A stretch of 64,000 nt of DNA from a virus. This document shows, one piece after another, positions 20,593-30,577 of the stretch. Every line of letters starts with the position of its first letter. Position 1 is the first letter of the stretch. The position numbers and the translations under genes were made by a program. The stretch covers positions 1 through 64,000 of IMG/VR virus record IMGVR_UViG_3300043410_001789, one strand, 5' to 3'. The notes beneath the pieces were generated by a model. That model saw only the letters and a program-made list of their open reading frames with translations. It ran no database searches and was not told the DNA's origin.

Positions 20593-21124
20593 CGTTGTTT
20601 ACCACCACGGTAATCACTTCTTTATCCTTAGAGACCTCTGATAACCTACGCATAATCTTATCTCTTACCTCTGGATGTTCTGCAGCGATATCCTTTAAGA
20701 TACCCACCAAAATCTCCTGACGGTTTTCAATAGCAATCATTTCTTCAGCAAGTTCTTTATTCTCAAGAAGTCCTGCTTTCTGAAGCATATCAATACGCTT
20801 AGACTCAAGATCCATAACCAGCTTAATACCAGCAGTCTTTGCACCCAAGTTGGCAGTAGTTGTAGCATCGTCAATCACCTCATATGCTTTGCTAATTAGT
20901 TTTGTGTAGTGTGTATCTGCACCAACCAAGGCTTCTTTGGCACGAGCACGAATAGCAGCATTATCTGCAGCCATGGCTCTCCACTCATTAATATATGCAA
21001 CAACCTTTTGTCGTGGCATGGCAAGCTCTTTAGAAATCTGAGTAGGCTCATTTCCTGCCAGATACTTTTCTACGACCTTGTTTACTTCATCAAGGTGTTC
21101 TACTGTTAATTCTTCAAATGACAC
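20585..21124 (-). CDS. HTH protein, probable terminase small subunit
   Basis: N-terminal HTH (PTQISKELAMPRQKV), helical, overlaps terL start. Confidence 0.55.
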   Translation of the reverse strand: MSFEELTVEHLDEVNKVVEKYLAGNEPTQISKELAMPRQKVVAYINEWRAMAADNAAIRARAKEALVGADTHYTKLISKAYEVIDDATTTANLGAKTAGIKLVMDLESKRIDMLQKAGLLENKELAEEMIAIENRQEILVGILKDIAAEHPEVRDKIMRRLSEVSKDKEVITVVVNNDV

Positions 21125-21404
21125 GTTTGGCCCTCTTTCCTCGTTGTGGAATACGCTTTACATCCTCAACCCGAAACGATCTAAATTGTGATGCTGTTGC
21201 TCTAAAAACTTCAAAGCAGTCTACCCAGGTTGCCCCAGTTTCAGTATTTGTTACAAAACTATCGAACTTAAACTTTAGTCCATATTGTCCACTAATCTTG
21301 ATTAGGTCACCCTTTATGATTTCAAATCCATCGATGATTAGTCTATCTTCTCTTACAAACTTTTTGGCAATCTCTGGGACTGCATACTTCTTGGTTCTAG
21401 CCAT
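21114..21404 (-). CDS. Hypothetical protein (SH3-like beta fold)
   Basis: Coupled ORF; IKGDLIKI...WVDCFE...FRSF. Confidence 0.6.
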   Translation of the reverse strand: MARTKKYAVPEIAKKFVREDRLIIDGFEIIKGDLIKISGQYGLKFKFDSFVTNTETGATWVDCFEVFRATASQFRSFRVEDVKRIPQRGKRAKRVI

Positions 21405-21556
21405 TATCTTTTAGACTTCCTTAATCCAAATTTAGCAAGGTAAACGTATACTGTCTCTACGCTGACACCACACTCTTTGGCAATGTCCTCTGGAGACTTT
21501 TTATCTATGTGGAATCTTTTCTTAAGCCACAATTCATTTGTATATAATTTTGCCAT
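21404..21556 (-). CDS. Small HTH DNA-binding protein (50 aa)
   Basis: Not in track. MAKLYTNELWLKKRFHIDKKSPEDIAKECGVSVETVYVYLAKFGLRKSKR; GGAG SD; TAATG coupling. Confidence 0.8.
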   Translation of the reverse strand: MAKLYTNELWLKKRFHIDKKSPEDIAKECGVSVETVYVYLAKFGLRKSKR

Positions 21557-21564
21557 AATAACTC

Positions 21565-22149
21565 CTATTTGTCAATCTTTTCCCAGTTATTTATAACATA
21601 GTGTCCAATACCAACAGCATCTGCAACATCATCATCTGTTAGATTTTTGCTATAGTTTATGTTAACAAAATTAATAGTTCTTTGTTTGCGTATTTCTCTA
21701 GACTTATTCTGATACCAATTCTTTGTTTTTCCTGGAAACTGATCCATTATTGCAAGCTTTTCTTCATTAGTTAATTTGCCATTGCCAATATAAGTTTGCC
21801 AGGTAATTGGATTGATTGAGCCTGCTGTTCTAATGCCTGCAATTTTTGCAGCTCCTAGCAGTGCCCCCTGGATCAGGGCAAGGTCTGATGCTGTCTTTGG
21901 ACTATTAATAAATATTGTATGTTCGATAACAATTGCATCTACCTCAAGCTGTTTAAAGAACGGTAAACTTTTAATAGCTGCATCGCCAAGTTTTTGATAT
22001 GCATTATTACCAATAAATTTAATTTTTCCACATTTTACTAAATCATTATTTGAAAAAATAGCAAAGGCAAGACTATTTGTACTTGCATCAATCGCCATTA
22101 TGTTTTTGGGTTTGGGGGAACTAATCTTGCCAATCTTTGCCATCTGCAA
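21565..22149 (-). CDS. RuvC-like Holliday junction resolvase
   Basis: IMAIDAST, IVIE, DDVADAVGIG. Confidence 0.8.
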   Translation of the reverse strand: MQMAKIGKISSPKPKNIMAIDASTNSLAFAIFSNNDLVKCGKIKFIGNNAYQKLGDAAIKSLPFFKQLEVDAIVIEHTIFINSPKTASDLALIQGALLGAAKIAGIRTAGSINPITWQTYIGNGKLTNEEKLAIMDQFPGKTKNWYQNKSREIRKQRTINFVNINYSKNLTDDDVADAVGIGHYVINNWEKIDK

Positions 22150-22420
22150 TTCCTTTTATTTGTTTTAAAATTTTAGCAACGTCTTTTGGATTCACATCAC
22201 AATTGTTGCATAATGGAGCATCGTTATAAACAGAAAGGTTAGAGCCACAAGACTTACAGACTCTAACCTTATCTTTTAATTTTTTTCTTCTGTTTATTTG
22301 ATACCTAACAGCAATCTTTTCTCTCGTTGCAGCATCTCTGCATTCGGGAGAGCAGTATATTTGATATGCTATGTTGGTCTTGAAAGTGGCATCACACCAT
22401 TCACATGGTTTTATTTTCAT
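22121..22420 (-). CDS. Cys-rich zinc-finger hypothetical protein
   Basis: CEWC, YCSPEC, CKSC, CNNC. Confidence 0.7.
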   Translation of the reverse strand: MKIKPCEWCDATFKTNIAYQIYCSPECRDAATREKIAVRYQINRRKKLKDKVRVCKSCGSNLSVYNDAPLCNNCDVNPKDVAKILKQIKGIADGKDWQD

Positions 22421-23204
22421 CTAATGGCTCCAGAGATTTGAGTTTGATCTCTCCAGAACCTGCATTGTCACAGACCTGGCGGACTGGACATGTCTTGCAT
22501 ATCTTAGAATTACTACGATAGTTTTTGGTAGGAAGAGTTTTCTTCTCCCATGCCCCACGAACTTGTCGCATCCATTCAAATGTGTTCTCTACCCACTCAT
22601 ACATGTATGAATTCAACTCAACAGGGAATATTAGCAACTCGTGATTATTTTTGTTTTCATAAATAAGCACTGCCTTATTCTTATTGAGAATCTTCATGTA
22701 GATAAGCAACTGGACAAGGTGACCTGTCTTTGGCTTACCTGCTACCTTGCGATACTCAAAAGCATCGTTAGGCATAGTCTTGATTTCACCAAGAAGCTCT
22801 TTGTCTTCCCAGTTAAGCATAACGTCACCAAATCCAAAAATTGGTGGATCGTTATATGTTACCTTAAATTCAGAATCTGCTAGAAGTCCAGGAACATTGC
22901 CCATGGCCTCCTGAATGCGTTCGTGAGACTTTGTTCCAGCTGTCATATTAGCAGCACCATAGGCATCTGCATTGTCTGTAAAGTCTGCACCCTCAAAGGC
23001 TAGGTACCAGTAGCGAGGGCACTCTCCGTGGGAGAATGCAATTGTACTGGGTGCAAATGAGTTTTTCTTGGTAAATTTTGTAACACGATTAATAGTATAA
23101 CCAGAGTTAATCTTATCGATAAGTTCTTGCTTATTGATAAATGATGGTTTTGCCACGGTCTCCTCAACCTTTAGCATAACCTGCTGTAGTAAATTTTTTG
23201 CCAT
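22401..23204 (-). CDS. Cas4-like PD-(D/E)XK exonuclease with Fe-S cysteines
   Basis: CPRYWY, GTKSHERIQ, GD...EIKT, QLLIY, CKTCPVRQVC; probable start ATG 23204. Confidence 0.8.
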   Translation of the reverse strand: MAKNLLQQVMLKVEETVAKPSFINKQELIDKINSGYTINRVTKFTKKNSFAPSTIAFSHGECPRYWYLAFEGADFTDNADAYGAANMTAGTKSHERIQEAMGNVPGLLADSEFKVTYNDPPIFGFGDVMLNWEDKELLGEIKTMPNDAFEYRKVAGKPKTGHLVQLLIYMKILNKNKAVLIYENKNNHELLIFPVELNSYMYEWVENTFEWMRQVRGAWEKKTLPTKNYRSNSKICKTCPVRQVCDNAGSGEIKLKSLEPLDENKTM

Positions 23205-23239
23205 TTTTAAAATCTTTTCTGTCTTTTTTCCATTATACA

Positions 23240-23545
23240 CTATCTCGTAATGTATTTCAAGGCAGATACTAGATTATTAATAGATTCTGCAGCAGTATAA
23301 TAAATATTCTTCTTAGCCCTATCTGACTTATCTACATTGGTTAGCCATGTAGCCTTGAATGCCATCTTAGTTGCAATAGCTTGAAGTCTAACTATTTCAA
23401 TTGTTGCTACCTGAATAGGAATATCTGGTTTAAGAATTAGCTTTGCGACAAAAGTTAGAGCTTCTGTAAGCTCCTTATCATCCATATAATCGGCTATTTC
23501 TGCAAGGCCATTGACCATTTGTAGGGTGGTCTGTGATTGCTCCAT
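23240..23545 (-). CDS. Hypothetical protein
   Basis: Coupled helical ORF. Confidence 0.65.
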   Translation of the reverse strand: MEQSQTTLQMVNGLAEIADYMDDKELTEALTFVAKLILKPDIPIQVATIEIVRLQAIATKMAFKATWLTNVDKSDRAKKNIYYTAAESINNLVSALKYITR

Positions 23546-24486
23546 TAGTTTTTCTTTCTATTCTTTGGATTTTCTTCTGATCTGGCTCTTTCGTATAGGA
23601 AGTCAATTGGTGGAACACCATGCTCTTTTGTATTAGATGGAGCATCTGTCTTATTTCCATCTTCATCTAAAATAAATCCCCATTGACCCAATGGAATACC
23701 ATCCCTGAGTCCATCAAGTTGATATTTTTCAAATGCTATAGCATATTCCATTGTTGACTGAAATTCTGTTCCGTGCTGGCGACGTTCCATTACTCTAGTA
23801 AATGGATCAATTGGGTCTTTCTTTCCAGTAAATACCCAGTCGTCAAGTGGCGAATAGTTTAGTGTAATGATTTCAACATACTCTCCTGGCTTCCAGTTTC
23901 TCTTTGGTCTCCAGTGAACCTGATTAACTGCACTAAAAACAATTGCATCTCCAGGCTTAAGCTTGTAGCAGGTGTCTGTAACACAAACCTCCCAGTCAAT
24001 GTTTCCACCAATCATATAATTAAATGTTATCAGTGCATTACTAGCATCGATGTGTGGCTGTAATGATGGAACATAATTGTCATCTCCATAGACTAGGTTA
24101 TAGTCTAGATAGTTATAGTGAGATAATGCAATCTCACCCTTATACATTGGTTTAACAATATTATCAATGGTCTGCTCTATGTGTTTTGGCATAATAAAGT
24201 CAATTACTTGACGAGACAATTCCGTCATTTTTCTAGGTACTCTTACGTCTGCATCAATTATTTCTTCATGGCCTGGTACCCTGCGAGTATTGGTTGGTCT
24301 TAGGCTTTTGTGCCAACTAAGAATATTTCTTAGTTCAGTAACTTGAGCATCAGATAGTGGTTTTTCTAGATATACTGGTGGAACAGTATTATAGTTATCA
24401 AAGCCTGTGAGCCATTCGTGCATTGGTGCATAGGCTTCTGGTGGAAATGCTGGATCTTGGTCTAAGTATTCTTCGTTATTGTTCAT
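23545..24486 (-). CDS. 2OG-Fe(II) oxygenase-like protein
   Basis: PSLQPHID (HxD), GDAIVF, QVHWR; probable start ATG 24486. Confidence 0.6.
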   Translation of the reverse strand: MNNNEEYLDQDPAFPPEAYAPMHEWLTGFDNYNTVPPVYLEKPLSDAQVTELRNILSWHKSLRPTNTRRVPGHEEIIDADVRVPRKMTELSRQVIDFIMPKHIEQTIDNIVKPMYKGEIALSHYNYLDYNLVYGDDNYVPSLQPHIDASNALITFNYMIGGNIDWEVCVTDTCYKLKPGDAIVFSAVNQVHWRPKRNWKPGEYVEIITLNYSPLDDWVFTGKKDPIDPFTRVMERRQHGTEFQSTMEYAIAFEKYQLDGLRDGIPLGQWGFILDEDGNKTDAPSNTKEHGVPPIDFLYERARSEENPKNRKKN

Positions 24487-24493
24487 AATAATA

Positions 24494-24781
24494 TTATACA
24501 CCTTCCTGCAAAATTTGTTCTAGCAAAGATAACTCAATAACTGCTAACCTTGTTTTGATACCACTATCGCCAATAACCACAACGATAGCAGGATCATTAC
24601 CATTTCTGATAGCATCTGTAGTAGCTTTGGCCCATACATCTTTGTTAAGAGTAAAGCTTTTGCCAACCTCTTTGAAGTCAACGGTAAAGTTTTCCCAAGT
24701 AGCGTCACCTTTATGGGTACCTCTTCCTGAGTTCTTATGTTGCTTTGCTCCAATTCTTTTACTCTCGGTTCTCTCGCTCAT
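24494..24781 (-). CDS. Small PD-(D/E)XK nuclease (Hjc-like resolvase)
   Basis: NSGRG...KGD...VDFKE. Confidence 0.6.
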   Translation of the reverse strand: MSERTESKRIGAKQHKNSGRGTHKGDATWENFTVDFKEVGKSFTLNKDVWAKATTDAIRNGNDPAIVVVIGDSGIKTRLAVIELSLLEQILQEGV

Positions 24782-24950
24782 AATCTTTCTTTGTCTTTTT
24801 AGTATTTAAATTAACAGTACTAAGGTGCTTATCTGGACACATCCAGGTTAACTCTTTTGTCTCTGGATAGCATCTAAGTGTTTTTACAATTACCTTACAT
24901 GTGTGACATGGAAATTCACCTTGATAGAGGTTATATTTGGCCATTACCAT
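24759..24950 (-). CDS. Small Zn-ribbon protein
   Basis: CHTC...WMCPDKH. Confidence 0.6.
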   Translation of the reverse strand: MVMAKYNLYQGEFPCHTCKVIVKTLRCYPETKELTWMCPDKHLSTVNLNTKKTKKDYERENRE

Positions 24951-25950
24951 TTACCTTAGCTTTTATTAAATCTTGAAGATCTAGGTCTTCTCGTACTCTT
25001 GCTATAAACTTATCTCTACCCTGCAACTTATCCTCAGTTCCTGGAATAATATACCAGGCACCTGTTCGCTCCACAATACCCATCATCTCAGCGGTATCTA
25101 CGAGATCACCTACACTATCAATGCCTACGTCACCTCGGAAATAAAAGTCGTATTCTCCAGACTGAAATGCAGGTGAAGTCTTTGAGAATTGAACTTCCCA
25201 TCGAACCTTACGACCAATTTTTTCTTCGATAAGTTTATCTCCAACCGCAATCTTGCCCTTAATAGCTTGATTATCTGATTCGGAGCTAAACAACTTAAGT
25301 ACTGTTGACGAATAGAACTTAATTGACTGTCCACCTGTTGGCTGTTGTGAAGTATACATGGCAGAAATATTATTGCGAGATTGACTAATTAGAACCAATA
25401 ACGTTGGCTTAACTTTGTTATTCGCATAGTTAAGCATCTTGACAGCGTTGCTAAAGTCTCTTGCTTCTGCACCAATCTGCTTAGTGTTTTCTAGCTGCTT
25501 AAGTTCATCAGAATCTTTCTCAAAATAAATAGCAGGCAACAGCGATGTAATTGAGTCAACAACAATCAGATCAACTCCAGCATTCATTAGTGCAACACCT
25601 ACGTCTACCATTTCATTGATTGTTCTTGCCTGTGATACGATTAGCTTACTTGTGTCTACCCCAAGCTTTTCTGCCCACTCTTCAGAATATGACATCTCGG
25701 CATCAATCCATGCACAAAGTTTGCCCTCTTCCTGAGCTAGGGCAATCATCTGCAAGCACATTGAGGACTTTGCTGATGACTTGGAACCCCAGATAAGAAC
25801 CTGGCGACCATATGGCAATCCACCATTTAGTGCACGATTAAGGCCAAAGCTTGGTGTTGGCTGAAATTCAGTTTTAAATCCAACACCAGTAGTTAGTCGC
25901 TTTCTAATTTTTGGATCTAATGCTGCTAAGGCTTCTTCTACAGTTGTCAT
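24931..25950 (-). CDS. recA: RecA-like recombinase
   Basis: GGLPYGR, WIDAE, IVVDS, PTGG...KFYSS, GAWY; Walker A variant GSKSSAKS. Confidence 0.9.
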   Translation of the reverse strand: MTTVEEALAALDPKIRKRLTTGVGFKTEFQPTPSFGLNRALNGGLPYGRQVLIWGSKSSAKSSMCLQMIALAQEEGKLCAWIDAEMSYSEEWAEKLGVDTSKLIVSQARTINEMVDVGVALMNAGVDLIVVDSITSLLPAIYFEKDSDELKQLENTKQIGAEARDFSNAVKMLNYANNKVKPTLLVLISQSRNNISAMYTSQQPTGGQSIKFYSSTVLKLFSSESDNQAIKGKIAVGDKLIEEKIGRKVRWEVQFSKTSPAFQSGEYDFYFRGDVGIDSVGDLVDTAEMMGIVERTGAWYIIPGTEDKLQGRDKFIARVREDLDLQDLIKAKVNGNGQI

Positions 25951-26174
25951 TAAATATCTGCCAATCCATTAATTTTTTCTGGCTGATATCCTGCCCATGA
26001 ACCTGAGTCAGTAATTACTACTGGTGCTGCCTGAAAGCCCATAGCGAGAATCTTGTCTAGAGCATCTTGGTCCTGAGTAATATCAATGGTGTCAAACTCA
26101 AGCCCTAGCTTGGTGAGGTGTCTCTTGGTTGCATCACACTGTACGCAGGATGGCTTTGTATATACTGTAATCAT
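25950..26174 (-). CDS. nrdH: NrdH glutaredoxin-like protein
   Basis: YTKPSCVQC, APVV, WAGYQP. Confidence 0.92.
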   Translation of the reverse strand: MITVYTKPSCVQCDATKRHLTKLGLEFDTIDITQDQDALDKILAMGFQAAPVVITDSGSWAGYQPEKINGLADI

Positions 26175-26518
26175 TAGAATCTTACTCCGTGCTTCTCAGG
26201 ACGTGCCTGGTTAATGTTTGTTTTCTTTTCAAATGCGTAGTCTAGGGATACCTTGGTGTATCCATGTTCCACTAGACCTGCATATAGGTCAAATGTGCGG
26301 ATTAGAATATCTGCCATTTCATCTGCAATCTCTTCTTCGCCCTTATCTTTGCGGATAGCCTCCATTACCTCCACAGCCTCTGATACGATCATCATTAGCT
26401 GCTTGGTTACAAAGATATCGGTCTGTTCCTGTGTAGCGTCTTCTACAACACTCCAGAAACCCTTTTCTACTGCAGTATTATGCAACTGCATTGCAATATC
26501 ATCAAACGAATTAGACAT
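26174..26518 (-). CDS. MazG-like NTP pyrophosphohydrolase
   Basis: SEAVEVMEA...DEMADILIR. Confidence 0.8.
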   Translation of the reverse strand: MSNSFDDIAMQLHNTAVEKGFWSVVEDATQEQTDIFVTKQLMMIVSEAVEVMEAIRKDKGEEEIADEMADILIRTFDLYAGLVEHGYTKVSLDYAFEKKTNINQARPEKHGVRF

Positions 26519-29500
26519 TTTCTACATCCTCCATAATTGTCGTTCCATCTTTTGTTTTTCCAAGAGTAAACTTATATGGCTTACCCTCGTCAATCTTCAT
26601 ATATGCCTTAGAGAAGTTGGTTGGAAATACGGTAACGCTGTGCAAGTCACGACTTGTGTCTGCCAAAACCAGCGAAGCCATTTTCTTTCCTGCCTTAGTA
26701 ACTCTAGGCTTAAATGATACCACAAACATTTCTTCATCCTTGTATGGCAATTGTTTGTAGCTAAGCATCTTGATTAGTCCACTGTCATTATTCTTTATGT
26801 CTTCTACTGGAATAGCACTGACAATTCTATTATCACTAGCAAGAATAATATAAGTCTTGCCAGACTCAATAGTAGTCTGTTCTTCATCAAAGATACCGAC
26901 ACTTCCAGTCTTATCAAGGATTTCTACACGTGACCATCCTGATCCACGCTTGATACCCTTGACCATTCCCATCAGTACGAATGCACCCTTTTCCTCAAAT
27001 TCATCAATCTCATTAATAAAGGCGTGATAGTGTTGTGGAATAGATACATTGAATTCTGGTAAGTTTAGATATTCATAAAGATTCTCACGTACCTCTTCAT
27101 CATTGCGTGGATTATCTTCAAAAGTTGCAGCACCTACAAGACGTAAAGCTTGCAAAGCACGGCTATTAACACCATTACCTTTACCAAAGGTGAACTCCTC
27201 AAGCTCCTTATAACTGCTAAAAGGACGAGCAGCCATATACTTGCTTGCAATATTATCGGATATGAATTTAATTGCTGATAGTCCAAAACGAATACCCTTG
27301 CCCTCAATCTTAAAATCAATGTCTGAATCATTAATGTGTGGCAAACGAATAGGAATTCCCATACGCTTTGCCTCAATTAGATATTCTGTACGTGCATCCT
27401 TATCGCCCTCATTCTTGAGTAGCGAATACATAAATTCAATTGGATAGTAATACTTCAACCAGGCTGTCCAGTATGAAAGCGTTGAGTAAGCCACAGCGTG
27501 TGACTTGTTAAACGAATATCCTGCGTGAGCCTCAAAGTCGTGCCACAGCTCTTCTGCGACCTCTGGGCGTAGGAATTGAGATGCTCCCTTAACGAACTGG
27601 TCCTTAAACTGATCAAATTCCTTAGCATCTTTCTTCTTACCAATAATCTTACGAACCTTATCAGCCTCAGCCATTGTCATACCGCCAAGTTCTGTACAGG
27701 CAAGCATAACCTGTTCCTGATACAGAATGCAGCCATAGGTCTCAGAGGTAAATGACTTCATTACTTGGTGGTGATAAGAGATGTTCTGCTTACCATGCTT
27801 ACGAGCAATATAGTCTTTACCAATGGTGTTCATGGCACCTGGTCGCACTAGAGCATTAGATGCTGCAAGTTCTGCAAAGTTCTTGACACCCATCTTAACC
27901 AATAGGTTTGTATAAGGCGTAGCTTCACACTGGAAAACACCCTTAGTGTACCCATCAGAAAGCATCTGGTAAATATTTTTATCTTCCATATTAATCTTAT
28001 GTAGATTGATACTTTCGGCAGTACGTTCCTTAATAATCTTTAGAGTATCCTGAATAACGGATAGAGTCTTTAGACCAAGTGCGTCAATCTTAATAAGACC
28101 GATACGCTCTGCCTCTTCCATGTCTACTGCTACAACAGGAATACGTTCCTTGTTACCTGGAGATGTGCGTGTCTCTAGTGGTGCATACTTAAATATGGGT
28201 TGCTTAGAAGTAACAACACCTGCAGCGTGAATACCAGTGCCACGGATACGACCACGCAGTAGCTCTCCATATTGCTCAATCTCAGGATACTTCTCACGGA
28301 ACCATGCAGCCTGCTTTGAGGTGCAGTAGTCATCCCAGTCATCAATAGTCTTTAGAACCTTGTTAACATCTGTTAGTGGAATCATCAAGGTACGAGCAAT
28401 GTCACGAACAATGCCCTTGCCCTTAAACTCAAGGAATGTGGCAATAGATGCAACGTGCTTGTACTGGCGGACTAGATAGTCCTTAACCTCTTCACGGCGT
28501 GAGTCTTGGATATCGGTATCAATATCTGGAAAGTCATTACGCTCTGGATTAATGAAACGGAAGAATAGAAGTCCATGCTCAATTGGATCAATATCTGTAA
28601 TACCTAGGGCATAGCAGAGTAGTGAACCAGCAGCGGAACCACGGCCTGGACCTACCATGATATCTTCTTTCTTAGCCCAGGCAATCATGGAGCGTACAAC
28701 TAGGAAGTATGGACCAAAGTTCTTGTCCTTAATTACTTCCATTTCTTCATCAAGACGCTTTAGGTATTCCTCGTTTGTGTCAAGTCCCTTTTCCTTGAGT
28801 CCATCAAGTGCTAGGGCCATTAGCTCTTCATTTGGATTCTGATACTGTACTGGAAGAAGATCTAGGTGGTCTTTAATCTTGTAATCTTCAATCTTATCTA
28901 CAATTTCAATAGTATTGTCGTACATATCCTGACGATCAATACCCTGGGCTTCCATAGCCTTGTGCATTTCTTCATCGGAAAGTAGGTGAATCTCAAAGTC
29001 ACGGAAAGTCATTTGACGGTCTGCACCATAAAGGTAGTCTAGACGGTCCATGAGATTCTCCATCTTGGCTGACTTCTCGTATGACACATCCTTAACAGTT
29101 TTATTAGAATAAGAGTTAAGGATAAGCTTTAGTTCTTGGATTTCACGCTGTGAGGTATCTGCATGGTGGCAGTCTGGAGTAACAATAGGCTTTAGTCCAA
29201 ACTCGTCTGCAAGGGCCAGAATAGTCTTATTAACTTCTGGTGGGTTATGTGGCATCACCTCAATGTAATAATCGTCTCCAAACGTCTCCTGTGCCCATTT
29301 AAGGTGCATTTTAGCAGCAGCCAGGTTGTCTGCCTCAATAGCCTTGGCAAGATATCCAGATAGACATCCAGAGGTAATAATTAGGCCTTCTTTATATTTG
29401 GCAAGAATCTCCCAGTCCATGCGTGGCTTCTTAAAGAATCCCTCAGTCCAGGCAAGTTCATTAAGTTTATTAAGGTTCTGAAGACCCTTGGCATTCTTAG

Positions 29501-29789
29501 CAAGAATAATAAGGTGGTTATAGTTTAGATCAAGTGGGTCGTTCTTGTCTTTCTTGTCTTCATGGTCGAAGCGATCCTTAGTAATGTACCCCTCAATGCC
29601 TAGGATTGGCTTAATGCCCTTTTCCTTAGCTACACGATACATTTCACGGTGTCCAGATAGTGAACCGTGGTCAGTAATGGCGATGGCTGGCATACCGATT
29701 TCTACAGCTCTATCCACATATTCCTGTGGGGTTGCAATGCCATCGAAGAGGCTGTAGTGAGTGTGAACATGAAGTCCAGCGTAACTCAT
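26511..29789 (-). CDS. dnaE: DNA polymerase III alpha subunit
   Basis: PHP motifs HVHTHYS and TDHG; GRGSAAGS; PDIDTD; YSFNKSHA. Confidence 0.95.
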   Translation of the reverse strand: MSYAGLHVHTHYSLFDGIATPQEYVDRAVEIGMPAIAITDHGSLSGHREMYRVAKEKGIKPILGIEGYITKDRFDHEDKKDKNDPLDLNYNHLIILAKNAKGLQNLNKLNELAWTEGFFKKPRMDWEILAKYKEGLIITSGCLSGYLAKAIEADNLAAAKMHLKWAQETFGDDYYIEVMPHNPPEVNKTILALADEFGLKPIVTPDCHHADTSQREIQELKLILNSYSNKTVKDVSYEKSAKMENLMDRLDYLYGADRQMTFRDFEIHLLSDEEMHKAMEAQGIDRQDMYDNTIEIVDKIEDYKIKDHLDLLPVQYQNPNEELMALALDGLKEKGLDTNEEYLKRLDEEMEVIKDKNFGPYFLVVRSMIAWAKKEDIMVGPGRGSAAGSLLCYALGITDIDPIEHGLLFFRFINPERNDFPDIDTDIQDSRREEVKDYLVRQYKHVASIATFLEFKGKGIVRDIARTLMIPLTDVNKVLKTIDDWDDYCTSKQAAWFREKYPEIEQYGELLRGRIRGTGIHAAGVVTSKQPIFKYAPLETRTSPGNKERIPVVAVDMEEAERIGLIKIDALGLKTLSVIQDTLKIIKERTAESINLHKINMEDKNIYQMLSDGYTKGVFQCEATPYTNLLVKMGVKNFAELAASNALVRPGAMNTIGKDYIARKHGKQNISYHHQVMKSFTSETYGCILYQEQVMLACTELGGMTMAEADKVRKIIGKKKDAKEFDQFKDQFVKGASQFLRPEVAEELWHDFEAHAGYSFNKSHAVAYSTLSYWTAWLKYYYPIEFMYSLLKNEGDKDARTEYLIEAKRMGIPIRLPHINDSDIDFKIEGKGIRFGLSAIKFISDNIASKYMAARPFSSYKELEEFTFGKGNGVNSRALQALRLVGAATFEDNPRNDEEVRENLYEYLNLPEFNVSIPQHYHAFINEIDEFEEKGAFVLMGMVKGIKRGSGWSRVEILDKTGSVGIFDEEQTTIESGKTYIILASDNRIVSAIPVEDIKNNDSGLIKMLSYKQLPYKDEEMFVVSFKPRVTKAGKKMASLVLADTSRDLHSVTVFPTNFSKAYMKIDEGKPYKFTLGKTKDGTTIMEDVENV

Positions 29790-29818
29790 ATATTTTCCTT
29801 TACGTTTGTTGTTATAAA

Positions 29819-29847
29819 ATTATGACAGAATATTTTTGAAAAGTCAA
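29819..29847 (-). promoter_or_regulatory. Promoter for the dnaE operon
   Basis: TTGACT-17 bp-CATAAT. Confidence 0.6.
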
Positions 29848-29851
29848 TAGC

Positions 29852-29879
29852 AAAAGAGGGCAGATTTGCTCTGCCCCCT
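29852..29879 (-). terminator. Rho-independent terminator after SSB
   Basis: AGGGGGCAGA-GCAAA-TCTGCCCTCT-TTT. Confidence 0.75.
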
Positions 29880-29893
29880 TAGCTATTTGATTA

Positions 29894-30550
29894 TTACCAA
29901 TCGGCGTTAGACGATGTAATTGACGAACCAGTGTCAAAGCCGAAGTAGAATGCTTCCTGCTCTGCATAAGGAACCTCACGAACAACCTTTTCAAGGTTGA
30001 AGAACTCGTGGCTTCCCCAGTTGAATGGTTCTGTATCTGGCTTTGTAGGCAATAGGGTATAGTTAGTCTCAGTTCCCTGTCCGTTACGCTTTAGCTTCCA
30101 GGTTAGGTTTGAGATAGAGCCAGTCTCAAGTGCATACTCACGAATAGTGTTGAATGCAGACTGCTTTGAAATACCCTGCGACCATACAGCAACATATGGA
30201 TCCTCTAGACCATCCTTAACAAGGACGTTGCAGTAGAAACGAAGACGTGAACGCCATCCTGCCTTTGGCTCCTTACGAGCCATCTCACAACCATAGCAAC
30301 GACCCTCAGTCTCCATGGTACATGCAGCCTTACGCTTATAATCCTTTGGATTCTGGTGTTCTGCAATTACCACAGATAGGCCACGCTCTGCTGAGTAGCT
30401 GGCTGAATCTTCATCTAGTTCTTCTACGAAACGGATCTCTGCTGCCTGGCCATCTGCCAACTTTACCCAGCGAACCTTCTGCCCAGTAGCCTCAAACTTT
30501 GGCTTATCAAGCAGGGCACTGATATCCTTTAGTCCCTTAATAACGCTCAT
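29894..30550 (-). CDS. Single-stranded DNA-binding protein (gp32-like)
   Basis: H...C...CYGC zinc site, KRNGQGTETNY, C-terminal DW; lies between primase and dnaE. Confidence 0.7.
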   Translation of the reverse strand: MSVIKGLKDISALLDKPKFEATGQKVRWVKLADGQAAEIRFVEELDEDSASYSAERGLSVVIAEHQNPKDYKRKAACTMETEGRCYGCEMARKEPKAGWRSRLRFYCNVLVKDGLEDPYVAVWSQGISKQSAFNTIREYALETGSISNLTWKLKRNGQGTETNYTLLPTKPDTEPFNWGSHEFFNLEKVVREVPYAEQEAFYFGFDTGSSITSSNADW

Positions 30551-30577
30551 TTTTTCTCCTATATTTGTTTTGGTTTT

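Noticed and set aside
18817-21124. Terminase located ~36 kb from portal as a novelty
   Set aside because: Separation of terminase from head genes is known in large actinophage genomes.
22401-23240. Cas4-like gene as evidence of CRISPR-Cas
   Set aside because: No repeat-spacer array or other cas genes seen; solo Cas4-like exonucleases are normal in phage recombination modules.
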